DNA of 63,092 nt, filler included, from Deltaproteobacteria bacterium (lineage in GTDB: Bacteria; JAEEML01), in NCBI GenBank assembly GCA_016283195.1. It is 6 parts of 6 records of this genome, joined end to end, with 100 filler letters (N's around TTAATTAATTAA, not from the genome) between each part and the next. Parts side by side here need not be neighbours in the genome. Positions count along the whole stretch, not along the records: positions 40,946 to 50,149 come from JAEEML010000116.1; positions 50,250 to 54,324 come from JAEEML010000119.1; positions 54,425 to 63,092 come from JAEEML010000120.1; 3 more parts are not named here. The stretch is one strand, 5' to 3'. The notes below the pieces were generated by a model. The model saw only the letters and a program-made list of their open reading frames with translations, did not search any database and was not told where the DNA came from. Position numbers and translations under genes: made by a program. This document shows positions 47,583-57,132 of this stretch, one piece after another; position 1 is the stretch's first letter; the number at the start of each line of letters is the position of its first letter.

Positions 47583-49286
47583 TCAAAAATTCTGCCTGAG
47601 CCAGGCAAAGTAATAAAAATAATCCTTATAAGTTTCATTTAGCTCGGGGCGGCCGATAAAGGTAGTTTTATCGCCGTTTAAGCGCACTTCATAGCGCTCG
47701 CCGCGGCCATCATAGAGACTCACCATATCAAGAGCGGAGTTATACTGAGTAATAATGAGCCGATTACTGGCCACGCTCAAGGGATCTTGTTGAAATTCAT
47801 GCACTTCATAGCTGCCGGTAGCCAAATATTCAATAAACGCTCCCAGGCTCACATGGTCCAGCGGCAAGGCGGTGCGTTCTTTAGCAATATCCGCTCCGTA
47901 AATAATGAGCGGCACGCGGTGGCCGGCTGAGCCATCCGGATAACGCCGGGCTTCTTCAGGAGTTAGCGCCTCCATGGCGTGGTGGTCGCCGGTAATTATA
48001 ATAATGCCATTTTCAAAATAGCCTATCTCATTTAGTTTATTAACCAATTTACCTATTTCTCTGTCGCTGAAGCGAATACAGCCTTCTAAAGAATGTTCAT
48101 TTGTCCCCGGCACCAGGTAAGGGCTGTGGGAGGTGGCGGTAACGGCCATGGCAAAAAACGGGCTTTTAAGTTCGGCGCTTTTTATGCTCCGCGCCAGATT
48201 ACTAAAAAGGGCGCCGTCGTTTACGGAATCAAAAACAAAACGCTCCTCGTTTTTATATATTGGGTCGTCATATAAATAGCGCTTTTTAAAAGCCGCCCGG
48301 CGGTAAATATGCTCGCAGCCTTCCAAATCCGGCCCGGAAGTAAAAAGCGCGGTGTTTACCCCTCTTTCATTAAAAAAATGGATAAAAGAGTGGCGGTAAA
48401 ACTTGGGCTCATCGTAATATAAAAGGCCACTCAGGCGGGGATGGCCGCTAAGGAGGGCAAAATGGCTCTCGCTGGAAGCCGCATTATTGGCAAAATAATT
48501 TTCAGCTAAAAGGCCACCCGCGGCCAGCTTATCCAGCTCCGGCGTAAAATCCATGAGCCCCGATGTGGCTTTGCTGTAAAGCGTGCTCAGCGATTCCACA
48601 AAAATAAGAATGACATTTCTTGGCCTAGCCAATGGCCCATTTTTCAGCTCATAATGCGGCGCCCAAGCGGCCGGCATGGCAAAATGGCGGTAGGAGACGC
48701 GGTCGGTGGTGCTGTTTACCTGATAGACATTAAAAGCCTTGCGCGGCGCTGAAAGTTCAAAAGCCTCACTGTAATAAAAAAGAGAAGAGAGGAGCAAAAA
48801 AAGAGAAAGTAGCGCAGAAACAGTTATATTATAGGCACTTATAAGCGGCGCCCTATTTTTAAAACAAAGGGAAAAATAGCCGGCCATGGCCATAAGCAGC
48901 AAAAGAGACAAAAAACCTGGCGGCTTCAGGAGGTAATAAAAAATAAAGCCGCTAAAAGTATCGGCCGCTTTGCCAAAGCTAAAGATGAGGCGCCAGATGA
49001 GGCGGCCATGTAAAAGATACTGGGCTCCGATATCTACCAAATAGAGAAAAGTGCCGCCACAAGCCGCTATAAACGTAATTATTTTAAGCGGTTTTAGCAA
49101 ATTAAGGCCGGAGATAAAAAGGAGAAGTAAAAGAAGGGAAAGGGGTAAAAGTTCATATTTTATGGCGGCTAAAAAGGCGGCCTCCGGCACCTCGCGGCGC
49201 ACCACCAGAACTTTCAGGGCCAGATAGATAATGGCAGCCAGCGGCGGTAGGGCTATTTTCAGTAAATTTAAGAGTTTGGCTTTCAT
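47583..49286 (-). CDS. LTA synthase-like / sulfatase-fold membrane protein
   Basis: About five TM helices, then NVILIFVESL, TPELDKLA, TSHSPY, ITGDHH. Confidence 0.82.
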   Translation of the reverse strand: MKAKLLNLLKIALPPLAAIIYLALKVLVVRREVPEAAFLAAIKYELLPLSLLLLLLFISGLNLLKPLKIITFIAACGGTFLYLVDIGAQYLLHGRLIWRLIFSFGKAADTFSGFIFYYLLKPPGFLSLLLLMAMAGYFSLCFKNRAPLISAYNITVSALLSLFLLLSSLFYYSEAFELSAPRKAFNVYQVNSTTDRVSYRHFAMPAAWAPHYELKNGPLARPRNVILIFVESLSTLYSKATSGLMDFTPELDKLAAGGLLAENYFANNAASSESHFALLSGHPRLSGLLYYDEPKFYRHSFIHFFNERGVNTALFTSGPDLEGCEHIYRRAAFKKRYLYDDPIYKNEERFVFDSVNDGALFSNLARSIKSAELKSPFFAMAVTATSHSPYLVPGTNEHSLEGCIRFSDREIGKLVNKLNEIGYFENGIIIITGDHHAMEALTPEEARRYPDGSAGHRVPLIIYGADIAKERTALPLDHVSLGAFIEYLATGSYEVHEFQQDPLSVASNRLIITQYNSALDMVSLYDGRGERYEVRLNGDKTTFIGRPELNETYKDYFYYFAWLRQNF

Positions 49287-49290
49287 GGAT

Positions 49291-49695
49291 TTAAAATTTT
49301 GTCCAATCCTCCACCTTTAAGCTCGGCACTCTAACAAATTCGGCATAATTATTGGTCACTACCGTAAGCTTTCTGGTAAGAGCCTGGGCGGCAATTTGCA
49401 TATCATACGGGCCAATTATTTTCCCGCTTTTTTCCAGATGAGCGCGGATAAGCCCATAGGCCTCGCCGTCCAAAGCGGTAAAATCGAGAATTTGGTTAAA
49501 ATCAGCGCAGAAGCTTAAAAGCGCCTCACGGTTTTTTTCTCTGTTTTGGCTTTTAGAAGCCCCATATTCCAGTTCGGCTACTGTCACGCTGGAAAGAAAA
49601 ATTTCTTTGGGACTAGTAGCCAAAACTTTTTGGGTGAGCGTGGGAAATTTATTCTTTATTAAAAAAATGCAAATATTGGTGTCTAAAAGGTACAT
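49291..49695 (-). CDS. vapC: VapC toxin (PIN RNase)
   Basis: YLLDTNICI, VAELEYGA.KS, IGPYDMQIAAQAL, VTNN..EF.RV..L.VEDW. Confidence 0.92.
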   Translation of the reverse strand: MYLLDTNICIFLIKNKFPTLTQKVLATSPKEIFLSSVTVAELEYGASKSQNREKNREALLSFCADFNQILDFTALDGEAYGLIRAHLEKSGKIIGPYDMQIAAQALTRKLTVVTNNYAEFVRVPSLKVEDWTKF

Positions 49696-49925
49696 CAAAA
49701 GGCTTCTCTTTTTTCCATAGCCGGTTCCTCCCGCCCATCGGCCATAAAATCGGCGGTAAATTCCTTTAGGCTACGTTCCAAATTGGCCCATGGCCTCTCT
49801 TTGGGAAAGAGAATAATAGCCGACCCCAGCTGTTTTATGGCCACTTCCGATTCATTAATATGAAATTCCTTGGGAATTCGCACAGCCTGGCTATTGCCGC
49901 TCATAAATACTCTTGTGCACACCAT
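49695..49925 (-). CDS. vapB: VapB antitoxin (AbrB fold)
   Basis: VFMSGNSQAVRIPKEF...FTADFM; TGATG coupling to vapC; GGAGG RBS. Confidence 0.92.
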   Translation of the reverse strand: MVCTRVFMSGNSQAVRIPKEFHINESEVAIKQLGSAIILFPKERPWANLERSLKEFTADFMADGREEPAMEKREAF

Positions 49926-49995
49926 GAGACACCTCCTCTAAAAATATATACATAAGTATGTACCAAAAGACAAGCGGCGGCGGTTATTCCCGGAC

Positions 49996-50148
49996 TTACC
50001 CGCCGATATAGCGCAAGCTATTGGGCTCAACCGGGCACTCTTCGGCAATATCTTTAACTCTTATCTTGCCATTATAGCGCAGCGTATAAAGGGCCGGCAC
50101 AATGGTATCGCGCAGGCGGTAGGGGGTGATGGGGTTAATGTAAATACG
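49996..50148 (-). CDS. 3' fragment of an unidentified gene
   Basis: Open frame RIYINPITPYRLRDTIVPALYTLRYNGKIRVKDIAEECPVEPNSLRYIGG* running from the contig edge. Confidence 0.5.
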   Translation of the reverse strand, partial: RIYINPITPYRLRDTIVPALYTLRYNGKIRVKDIAEECPVEPNSLRYIGG

Positions 50149-50149
50149 G

Positions 50150-50249
50150 NNNNNNNNNNNNNNNNNNNNNNNNNNNNNNNNNNNNNNNNNNNNTTAATTA
50201 ATTAANNNNNNNNNNNNNNNNNNNNNNNNNNNNNNNNNNNNNNNNNNNN
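50150..50249. other. Artificial contig linker
   Basis: N44-TTAATTAATTAA-N44. Confidence 0.99.
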
Positions 50250-50375
50250 GCGTTCCGGACCGAAGCTGGGGAAAGCCTGGGCAAACCTTCCAGCTCTGAT
50301 GGCAGACAAAGCGATGAGTTCGGCCGAGGTGACCGCGCCCTGCCCTCCACGACCATGCAGTCTGATTTCTTTCAT
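50250..50375 (-). CDS. Pyruvate/2-oxoacid:ferredoxin oxidoreductase gamma subunit, 5' fragment
   Basis: Not in the ORF track: [51 protein letters not shown]. Confidence 0.9.
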
Positions 50376-50573
50376 TTCTTCTTGCTCCTTTTAGAGGGCC
50401 TCGTCCCTCTTCCTTTAAAGCCGTATGTCACATAGGCCATTTTGGCGCCTATTGTCAACCAAATATACAACCTGGGCCATCTTTTAATTTGCTATTGTGC
50501 AAAATTTCACAGAAAAAAATCTCTTTTCGCCCCCGGTGCCGGCCCAGCCGCAAATATATTTGAAAAAAATAAA

Positions 50574-53015
50574 TTATAAGTCCCACTTTTCTAAAAAAGC
50601 CGTTATCTTCTCCGCCAGCTCATCGCCGGCCGGCAGCTCATCAAAGAGTGTCTCAAGTGAAGCTTTGGTAGCGGTTAAAGCATCGCGGTAATAGGCGCAC
50701 TGCGAGAGCCAGTAGCCGCCCCGGCCATTGGTAATAAGAGCCAGCCAGCCGGCGGTGCGGCCGTTTAGAGTGGGCGTGAGGAGTTTTGGCAAAGTGGCCC
50801 CAATTTGATAGAGATGGCGGTCGCTATCCATAAGTTCATCCAGGTGATGGCAGCTCTCCGGCACTTTTTGCGGATAGGGCGCCGCTTTAATTTGCCCCAA
50901 AAGTTTGGGCAGAGGGAGCGGGGCAAAAGAGTGTAAAGAGTCCACTATCACCCGGCCGCGCACATGGCGCATTTTGTGGGAAAGGTCTATCTCTTTCAGC
51001 TTTTTTAATTTGGCCACCTGCTCCAAAGTGAGGCTTACTGTGGGTTTGCCCTGAAAATTCTGGATGGGCAAAATATAGGGGCCGAGCTCGCACTCTTCCG
51101 GCGGCTTTTGGCGGTTTTTCTCTCTTTTTGCCCCTTTTAAGCCAAAATGTGCAGCTGCTTCCTGGCTGATTTCGCAAATCCAGGAGGGCTCAAGGCGCGA
51201 GACTTTAAAGGCAAAGGTTTTGGAATAGCGGATAAATTCCTGAGCTACACCAAAAGTAAAATCGCTGCCCGCCATAATAGAGCCGGGATGGATAGAAACC
51301 AGGGTGCCAAGAGCGCTTTCAAAAGTATTGCCGTCACGGCGGGCTATTATTTTATCGCTAAGACCGTAAGCCACCGCTTTGACCACTTGGCTGTAATCGC
51401 CGCCGCCGGCTACCTTTATGCCCTCTTTGGTGGCTATCTCTTTTAACTGCTCATAGGCGCTGTCTATAAAGCGCATCACCTCGATATCCAGGCTGTTTTT
51501 GCGGCAAAAAGACTCTTTATTGGAATGTTTCTGCCAAGCTCTGAAGAGGCGAAGTAACATAATGGCATCGCCAAGCGGGTGGCTGAAATATTTTTGCGAT
51601 CTTTTGGCTGTATCGTCATTTTCATTAAAAACATAAGGCGAGCTAACGGAAAAGAAGGCAGCTATTACAAGAACATCATCGGTGACATCCGGGTAATAAT
51701 CGGCGGCGGCAATTACCATACGCGCCTGGCTGGGCGAGAGCGGGAAAGCGGACATCTGCCGCCCCACCGGCGTTAAGTTGCGATCTTCGTCAATAGCCCC
51801 CAGCATCATCAGCTGTTTTATGGCGGCTTTAATTTGGGCAAGCGGCAAAGGAGTGGGTAGCGGAAAATCTTCTACCTCTTTGTGGCCCAAAATAATAAGG
51901 CGCAAAATTACCTCGGAAAGTTCCAGGCGGGTAATTTCTTCCACTGTCAGCTCGGGCTGATTATTTAGCGTCTCTTCGCTGTAAAAACGAATAGCCACGC
52001 CCGGAGCGGTGCGCCCGGCCCGTCCGGCCCGCTGCACGGCGCTGGAGCGGCTGATAAATTCCTCACGCAAGGTAGTGACACCGGTTTTGGGCGAAAACCA
52101 GGGCACTTTGGCATAACCGCTGTCGAGCACATAGCGCACATCGGGAATAGTCACCGATGTTTCGGCAATATTGGTAGCCCAAACGAGCTTGCGCTTGCCG
52201 TAATCGGCAAAAACCGCCTCCTGCTCGTCACGTGAAAGGCGCGAATAAAGCGGCAAAACTTTAAGATCATCATAAGGATAATCGCTGGCCAAAAGATGCT
52301 CCAGGCGACGAATGGCATCCATACCTGGTAAAAAGACCAAAATATGGCCCGGCTCATGTTTGGCATGAATGGCCAGCGCTTCATATTCTATGGTTTCCAA
52401 GAGATCTTCGTAGGGCAAATCTTCACAGGGGCGATAAACAATATCCACCGGGAAGGGGCGGCTATCAATGGTAACAAGGGGAACTCCGCTCGGCGCTATT
52501 TTGTCAAAAAATGTTTGAAATTGCCGGGGGTTAAGCGTAGCCGAGCTGATAACAACCCGCACGTCCGGGCGGCGGGTGCAAATTTGGTATAAAAGCCCCA
52601 GAGTAATATCAATATTCAGGCTTCTTTCGTGGGCTTCATCAACCATTATGAGGTCATAGTCAGCAAGTTCGCTATCGAGGCGCGCTTCATTTAGCAAAAT
52701 ACCATCGGTCATAATGAGAATTTTGCTCTCCGGCGAGCTTTTGTCATCAAAGCGAATGCGGTAGCCCACCTCCCGGCCAAGTTCCGCCCCTTCTTCAAAA
52801 GCAATACGCGCGGCCACACTGACGGCGGCAATGCGCCTGGGCTGCGTCACTGCTATGCGCCACTCCGGGTGAACTTTGTGCAAAATGCGGGGAATCTGCG
52901 TGGTCTTGCCACAGCCGGTGGCACCCTCCACCACCACAATTTGATTATTTTCAATAGTTTTCAGGAGCTCGTCGGCAACGGAATAAACCGGTAAAGAGGC
53001 ACTCGTAACAGCCAT
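50574..53015 (-). CDS. DEAH-box ATP-dependent RNA helicase (HrpA-like)
   Basis: GATGCGKTTQ, TQPRRIAA, DEAHER, SAT, TNIAETS, QRAGRAGR. Confidence 0.9.
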   Translation of the reverse strand: MAVTSASLPVYSVADELLKTIENNQIVVVEGATGCGKTTQIPRILHKVHPEWRIAVTQPRRIAAVSVAARIAFEEGAELGREVGYRIRFDDKSSPESKILIMTDGILLNEARLDSELADYDLIMVDEAHERSLNIDITLGLLYQICTRRPDVRVVISSATLNPRQFQTFFDKIAPSGVPLVTIDSRPFPVDIVYRPCEDLPYEDLLETIEYEALAIHAKHEPGHILVFLPGMDAIRRLEHLLASDYPYDDLKVLPLYSRLSRDEQEAVFADYGKRKLVWATNIAETSVTIPDVRYVLDSGYAKVPWFSPKTGVTTLREEFISRSSAVQRAGRAGRTAPGVAIRFYSEETLNNQPELTVEEITRLELSEVILRLIILGHKEVEDFPLPTPLPLAQIKAAIKQLMMLGAIDEDRNLTPVGRQMSAFPLSPSQARMVIAAADYYPDVTDDVLVIAAFFSVSSPYVFNENDDTAKRSQKYFSHPLGDAIMLLRLFRAWQKHSNKESFCRKNSLDIEVMRFIDSAYEQLKEIATKEGIKVAGGGDYSQVVKAVAYGLSDKIIARRDGNTFESALGTLVSIHPGSIMAGSDFTFGVAQEFIRYSKTFAFKVSRLEPSWICEISQEAAAHFGLKGAKREKNRQKPPEECELGPYILPIQNFQGKPTVSLTLEQVAKLKKLKEIDLSHKMRHVRGRVIVDSLHSFAPLPLPKLLGQIKAAPYPQKVPESCHHLDELMDSDRHLYQIGATLPKLLTPTLNGRTAGWLALITNGRGGYWLSQCAYYRDALTATKASLETLFDELPAGDELAEKITAFLEKWDL

Positions 53016-53036
53016 GGCGGCTCCTTTTGGGGTAAA

Positions 53037-53936
53037 TTAAATGCCAAATAAAAGAGCCAGCCACTCGCCGCTCTCTTTTTTGGAGATGAGTTTTAATTTA
53101 TGGCTCTTGGCACAGTTTATAATAGTGGCCTCTTCTTCGCTCAAAATGCCGGAGAGAATCAGACGGCTGCCTTTGGCGCTATCCATGTGCTCGCGGAGAT
53201 CGCCCATGATTTGCGTCAAAACACTGGTGTGAATATTGGCTACAACCAGGGGATAAGTGCTTCTGATGGCCGAAAGGGGCTTTTGGCTGATAATTACTTT
53301 GCGGGTTAAATTATTGAGAGCGATATTGCGCCGGGCCCACACTCTGGCCTCCGGGTCAATCTCCACACCAATGCAGCCCTCCATGCCCAGCATCACCCCG
53401 GCAATGCCCAAAATACCGCTGCCGGAGCCCACATCGAGCATCTTGCCGGCAAGTTCGCCCTTTTGCGCAAGCTGCTCCAAATATTCCAAAACCAGAGCGG
53501 TGGTGGCATGCTGACCGGTGCCGAAAGCCGGGCCCGGGTCGATGCGAATCACCATCAGCTCTTTTAACTGCTTGATGGTGGGCTGAATCCAGGTTGGCAA
53601 AATCATAATTGATTTACCGATTTTTATGGGGTGGAAATAGGCCTTAAAGCGCTCCACCCAATCGATTTGCTGGCCACGCCGGGCCTCGATGCGCAAAATG
53701 TGCTCGGCGCCCAAAGCTTTAACCACTTCGGGTATTTTATCGAGAGCTGCAAAATCGGGGAAATAGCCCAAAACCAAAATGGCCCCTTCGTTGCGGGCGA
53801 AATCTTTGGTTAGAGCCACCGAAGATTCGTCGCGGATTTCCACGCCGCTGGCGCCGGCTTCAAAAAGCACTGCTGAGGTGGGCTCTTCCCATTCTGCCAG
53901 TACTTCAACGACAAGTTCACTATATATTTCCGCCAT
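53037..53936 (-). CDS. prmA: Ribosomal protein L11 methyltransferase
   Basis: DW...K.YFHP, IDPGPAFGTGQHATT, LDVGSGSGIL, VVANI, LSGIL. Confidence 0.93.
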   Translation of the reverse strand: MAEIYSELVVEVLAEWEEPTSAVLFEAGASGVEIRDESSVALTKDFARNEGAILVLGYFPDFAALDKIPEVVKALGAEHILRIEARRGQQIDWVERFKAYFHPIKIGKSIMILPTWIQPTIKQLKELMVIRIDPGPAFGTGQHATTALVLEYLEQLAQKGELAGKMLDVGSGSGILGIAGVMLGMEGCIGVEIDPEARVWARRNIALNNLTRKVIISQKPLSAIRSTYPLVVANIHTSVLTQIMGDLREHMDSAKGSRLILSGILSEEEATIINCAKSHKLKLISKKESGEWLALLFGI

Positions 53937-53956
53937 TTTATTACCCCCAGCTGCTT

Positions 53957-54324
53957 TTAGCACGGCCCAACCTGCGCCCAAACTGCCTTTTCCGGCTTAA
54001 GATAGCGCCGCGCCGTTTCTTCAATATCAGATAGAGTTATTTTTTGTAAATCATCACTAAAATGCAAATAGGCATCATAGCCCAAATCATATATGCCGTC
54101 CAAAGCCATGTGGCTCGCCCGCTCCTGCATATACTGGTTACCTATGAGCTGCGTGCCCAGCAAAGTATTGCGCGCTTTTTCGAGCTCTGGCGCCGTAAGG
54201 CCGTTTTGCAAAATAAGATCTAGCTCGCGCGTAAGGCTCTCTTTGGCCTGAGCCACTTTATCCGGCGCTACGGCAATATGAAAGCGGAAATATCCGCTTA
54301 ACGGCCCGGAAACATAAGAAGAAC
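53957..54324 (-). CDS. M16 zinc peptidase, C-terminal end (continuation of 60862-63092)
   Basis: SSYVSGPLSGYFRFHIAVAPDK...ELEKARNTLLG...ITLSDIEETARRYL; 10-nt in-frame overlap with the window end. Confidence 0.85.
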
Positions 54325-54424
54325 NNNNNNNNNNNNNNNNNNNNNNNNNNNNNNNNNNNNNNNNNNNNTTAATTAATTAANNNNNNNNNNNNNNNNNNNN
54401 NNNNNNNNNNNNNNNNNNNNNNNN
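54325..54424. other. Artificial contig linker
   Basis: N44-TTAATTAATTAA-N44. Confidence 0.99.
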
Positions 54425-55139
54425 CGGAAGAGCCAAAGAGCAGGCTGTCATCGTTGCTGTTTAAGGCATTTTCCAAATCTTCGGAAGATATGGTAGTAGC
54501 CGCTTGCACCAACAGGTCGTACAAATTGGCATCTACTTGGAAGGTGCCGTCATATTCCTGGAGCGGAGCAGCCGGGGCGGCGGCTGCCTGAGCCGGAGCG
54601 GCACTCATGGCCGGGGCGGGCGGGGGTGGCGGGGCCATAGCCGGGAAAATGGGCTCGCTATTGGTATGATGAGGTAATGGCACAGCTGGTGCGACCGGGG
54701 CTACCGGTGTAGAAGCGGCCACAGGTGCCGGAGCGGCAGCGGCCACAGGCGCAGCAATAGTTTCCGCCGGTTTGCCCGGGGCCATAGCGCCGCCAAAAGA
54801 GGTGCGATGCTGCGAGCCGGCTTCTACATTGAGCGGGGCCGGGCCGTTTAAAAAGTGGGCGCCGGTGGTGCGCTCGGCTATGCGGGCATCGAATTGGCCG
54901 CGAATCAGCCCTTTCATCATGTTTTTATGTTGGCTCTGCATGAGCTCAACCACCTTTTTGCGCCAATCCGGGTCGTCTAAAAGGTCGGTATATGAGGTCT
55001 TTTGGGTACTCACGATATTGCCGCCGTAGTAAAGGTGAGTAATAACATGGGCTTTATCGCGACCACTGTCTTCTGTTTGAATATGGAAGATGGAGTCTTT
55101 ATATTTGATATTGTGATTATAACCGTTGATAACGTCCAC
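54425..55139 (-). CDS. Conserved hypothetical protein of myxobacterial type (3' truncated)
   Basis: GTG start after GAGGAG; GYNHNIKY....HIQTEDSG....HVITHLY.GGNI...KTSY...LM..QHK.M; then a Pro/Ala linker. Confidence 0.65.
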
Positions 55140-55506
55140 CTGAGCGCTCCTCTTTTTTTGGCACATTGCGCTGCCAAGGCCGGCGGCAATTATAACCGCT
55201 CTTTTTAAAAGTGCCAATTAAAATAAGCAAAATAATAGTTAAAAGAAAAGAGCCTGAAAGTGAGGTTAGTCTTTTAGGCAGCGCACAGAGAGAGCACAAT
55301 CTTTGTTCCTGTCGATAATGCTATAGCTAGTGTCCAAACAAGTTCGCAAAATCCTTCCACCCAAGTATAATGGAACTTTTAACTGCATTGGGATGGCTGC
55401 AGGAGTGTAGCCAAGGGGCAAAACCGAACTTCATACATATACTTTAAAAGCCAAACACTTGGCCGAGTTCCCGCCGCATTTTAGCCACAATAATTTATGA
55501 AGTTTT

Positions 55507-56763
55507 TCAGCGTCCGATTATCCACTCAGGTACAAGATAGGTGCTTTCATTAAGCGGCATAATTTTATCTGTTCGGCAAATAACAATTCCTGGATAGCGT
55601 TTCAGCCCATATTTATCAATGGCAGAAAAGTTTTTATCTGGGTTATGCGGTTTTAAATTCTTTTTAATTTCTATGGGGATAATTCCATCATGTGTCACAT
55701 AAAGCAAATCAACTTCCTTTTGATCCTTATCGCGATAATAGTAGATGGTTCCGCTGGTGGATTGGCCATGATGGATAAAACTTTTAATAATTTCGCTGAC
55801 AACATAGGTTTCAAAAAAGGCGCCGCTCATGGCGCCGCTCTCACATAAATCAGCTGTTGGCCAATGGCTGAGCCAAGTGCATAAACCTGTATCCATAAAG
55901 TAAAGTTTTGGGGCTTTAATTACCCGCTTTGACACATTGGGAAAATATGGGTGAATAAGATGAATAATTCCTGATGTCTCTAAAATAGATATCCAGCGTT
56001 TTATGGTGCGTAAATCTAGACCTATATCATCAGCGATGGAAGAATAATTTAGCTCTTGGGCGGTGCGTGCGGCCAGTACCATCATAAAATTCATAAATTC
56101 TGTTTCAAAACCTGCACCAATAAGCGATCTTATATCGCGCTCTAAATAGGTATTTACATAATTGGCAAAAAAGCGCTCGCGGTCTAAACCATCGCAAATA
56201 ATTCCCGGCATTCCGCCGCGAAAAATACGCGAAAATACCGGCGATAATGTGACAACTTGATTGCTAAAAGCGGCTTGTGTTTCTAAAAGATTATCTATGT
56301 AAGGCAAAAATATTTTTCCCTTGTGCTGCATTATTTCCGAGCTGGAAAAACTGTTTAAATGTAAAACAGCCACTCGTCCGGCCAGACTCTCGGATAGCGA
56401 TTTTGGTAAAGCAAACTGCTGTGAACCGGTTAAATAAAATAAATGCTCTGGTTTCTTGCCTGATTTGAGGCAGGAAAGACGTTGTTCGTCGATCATAATT
56501 TTGATGTAACTAAATAAATTTGGCGCATATTGTATTTCGTCCACAATAACAGGTGGTGGATACATTTTGAAGAATAATTCCGGATGGTTATTGGCCAGAG
56601 CACGGTTTTGCAGATCATCCAGCGTAACGGTACGGTAGTTTTTATCCCCAAAAAATTGCAACATAGTTGATTTGCCGACCTGGCGCGGACCATAGACTAC
56701 GGTGCAAGCGAATTCCTCGGCACATTCAAGCAGAGTGTTTTCCATATCTCTTTGGAAGTACAT
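55507..56763 (-). CDS. AAA_14 ATPase with DUF4143 domain
   Basis: GPRQVGKST, VDEIQYAP, LTGSQ, ESLAGR, TYLERD, KLYFMDTGL, EVD...EIK; AT-rich. Confidence 0.88.
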   Translation of the reverse strand: MYFQRDMENTLLECAEEFACTVVYGPRQVGKSTMLQFFGDKNYRTVTLDDLQNRALANNHPELFFKMYPPPVIVDEIQYAPNLFSYIKIMIDEQRLSCLKSGKKPEHLFYLTGSQQFALPKSLSESLAGRVAVLHLNSFSSSEIMQHKGKIFLPYIDNLLETQAAFSNQVVTLSPVFSRIFRGGMPGIICDGLDRERFFANYVNTYLERDIRSLIGAGFETEFMNFMMVLAARTAQELNYSSIADDIGLDLRTIKRWISILETSGIIHLIHPYFPNVSKRVIKAPKLYFMDTGLCTWLSHWPTADLCESGAMSGAFFETYVVSEIIKSFIHHGQSTSGTIYYYRDKDQKEVDLLYVTHDGIIPIEIKKNLKPHNPDKNFSAIDKYGLKRYPGIVICRTDKIMPLNESTYLVPEWIIGR

Positions 56764-57132
56764 TTTTGCCCCCATAGAAGTTAAATTGTCCGACCAATTT
56801 AGCATCCGAATGTAAAAATGGTCGAGGGTAGTTGATAAAAATATCTACCTTTTGTCAATGAAAATGTGGGTATGTTTGGCGACTTATTAATTCTGGACAC
56901 CTAGGTTCTTTCGGGAATGGAACACTCGTTTACAAAAACAATATTTTAAAAATTCCAGCCCTTTCTCATTATCCGTCAGTTGTTAATCTTGTGTTGTTAC
57001 TGAAACCATTTCAGGCAAAATTACAATCAACTGCCGTGACCACAATTACACTGCGTTTGAACCATTTTTGACTCGCCAAAATTAAAAGGGTTTTAACATG
57101 AAAATAAAACAGAGGTGGCTGCTATTTAGATA

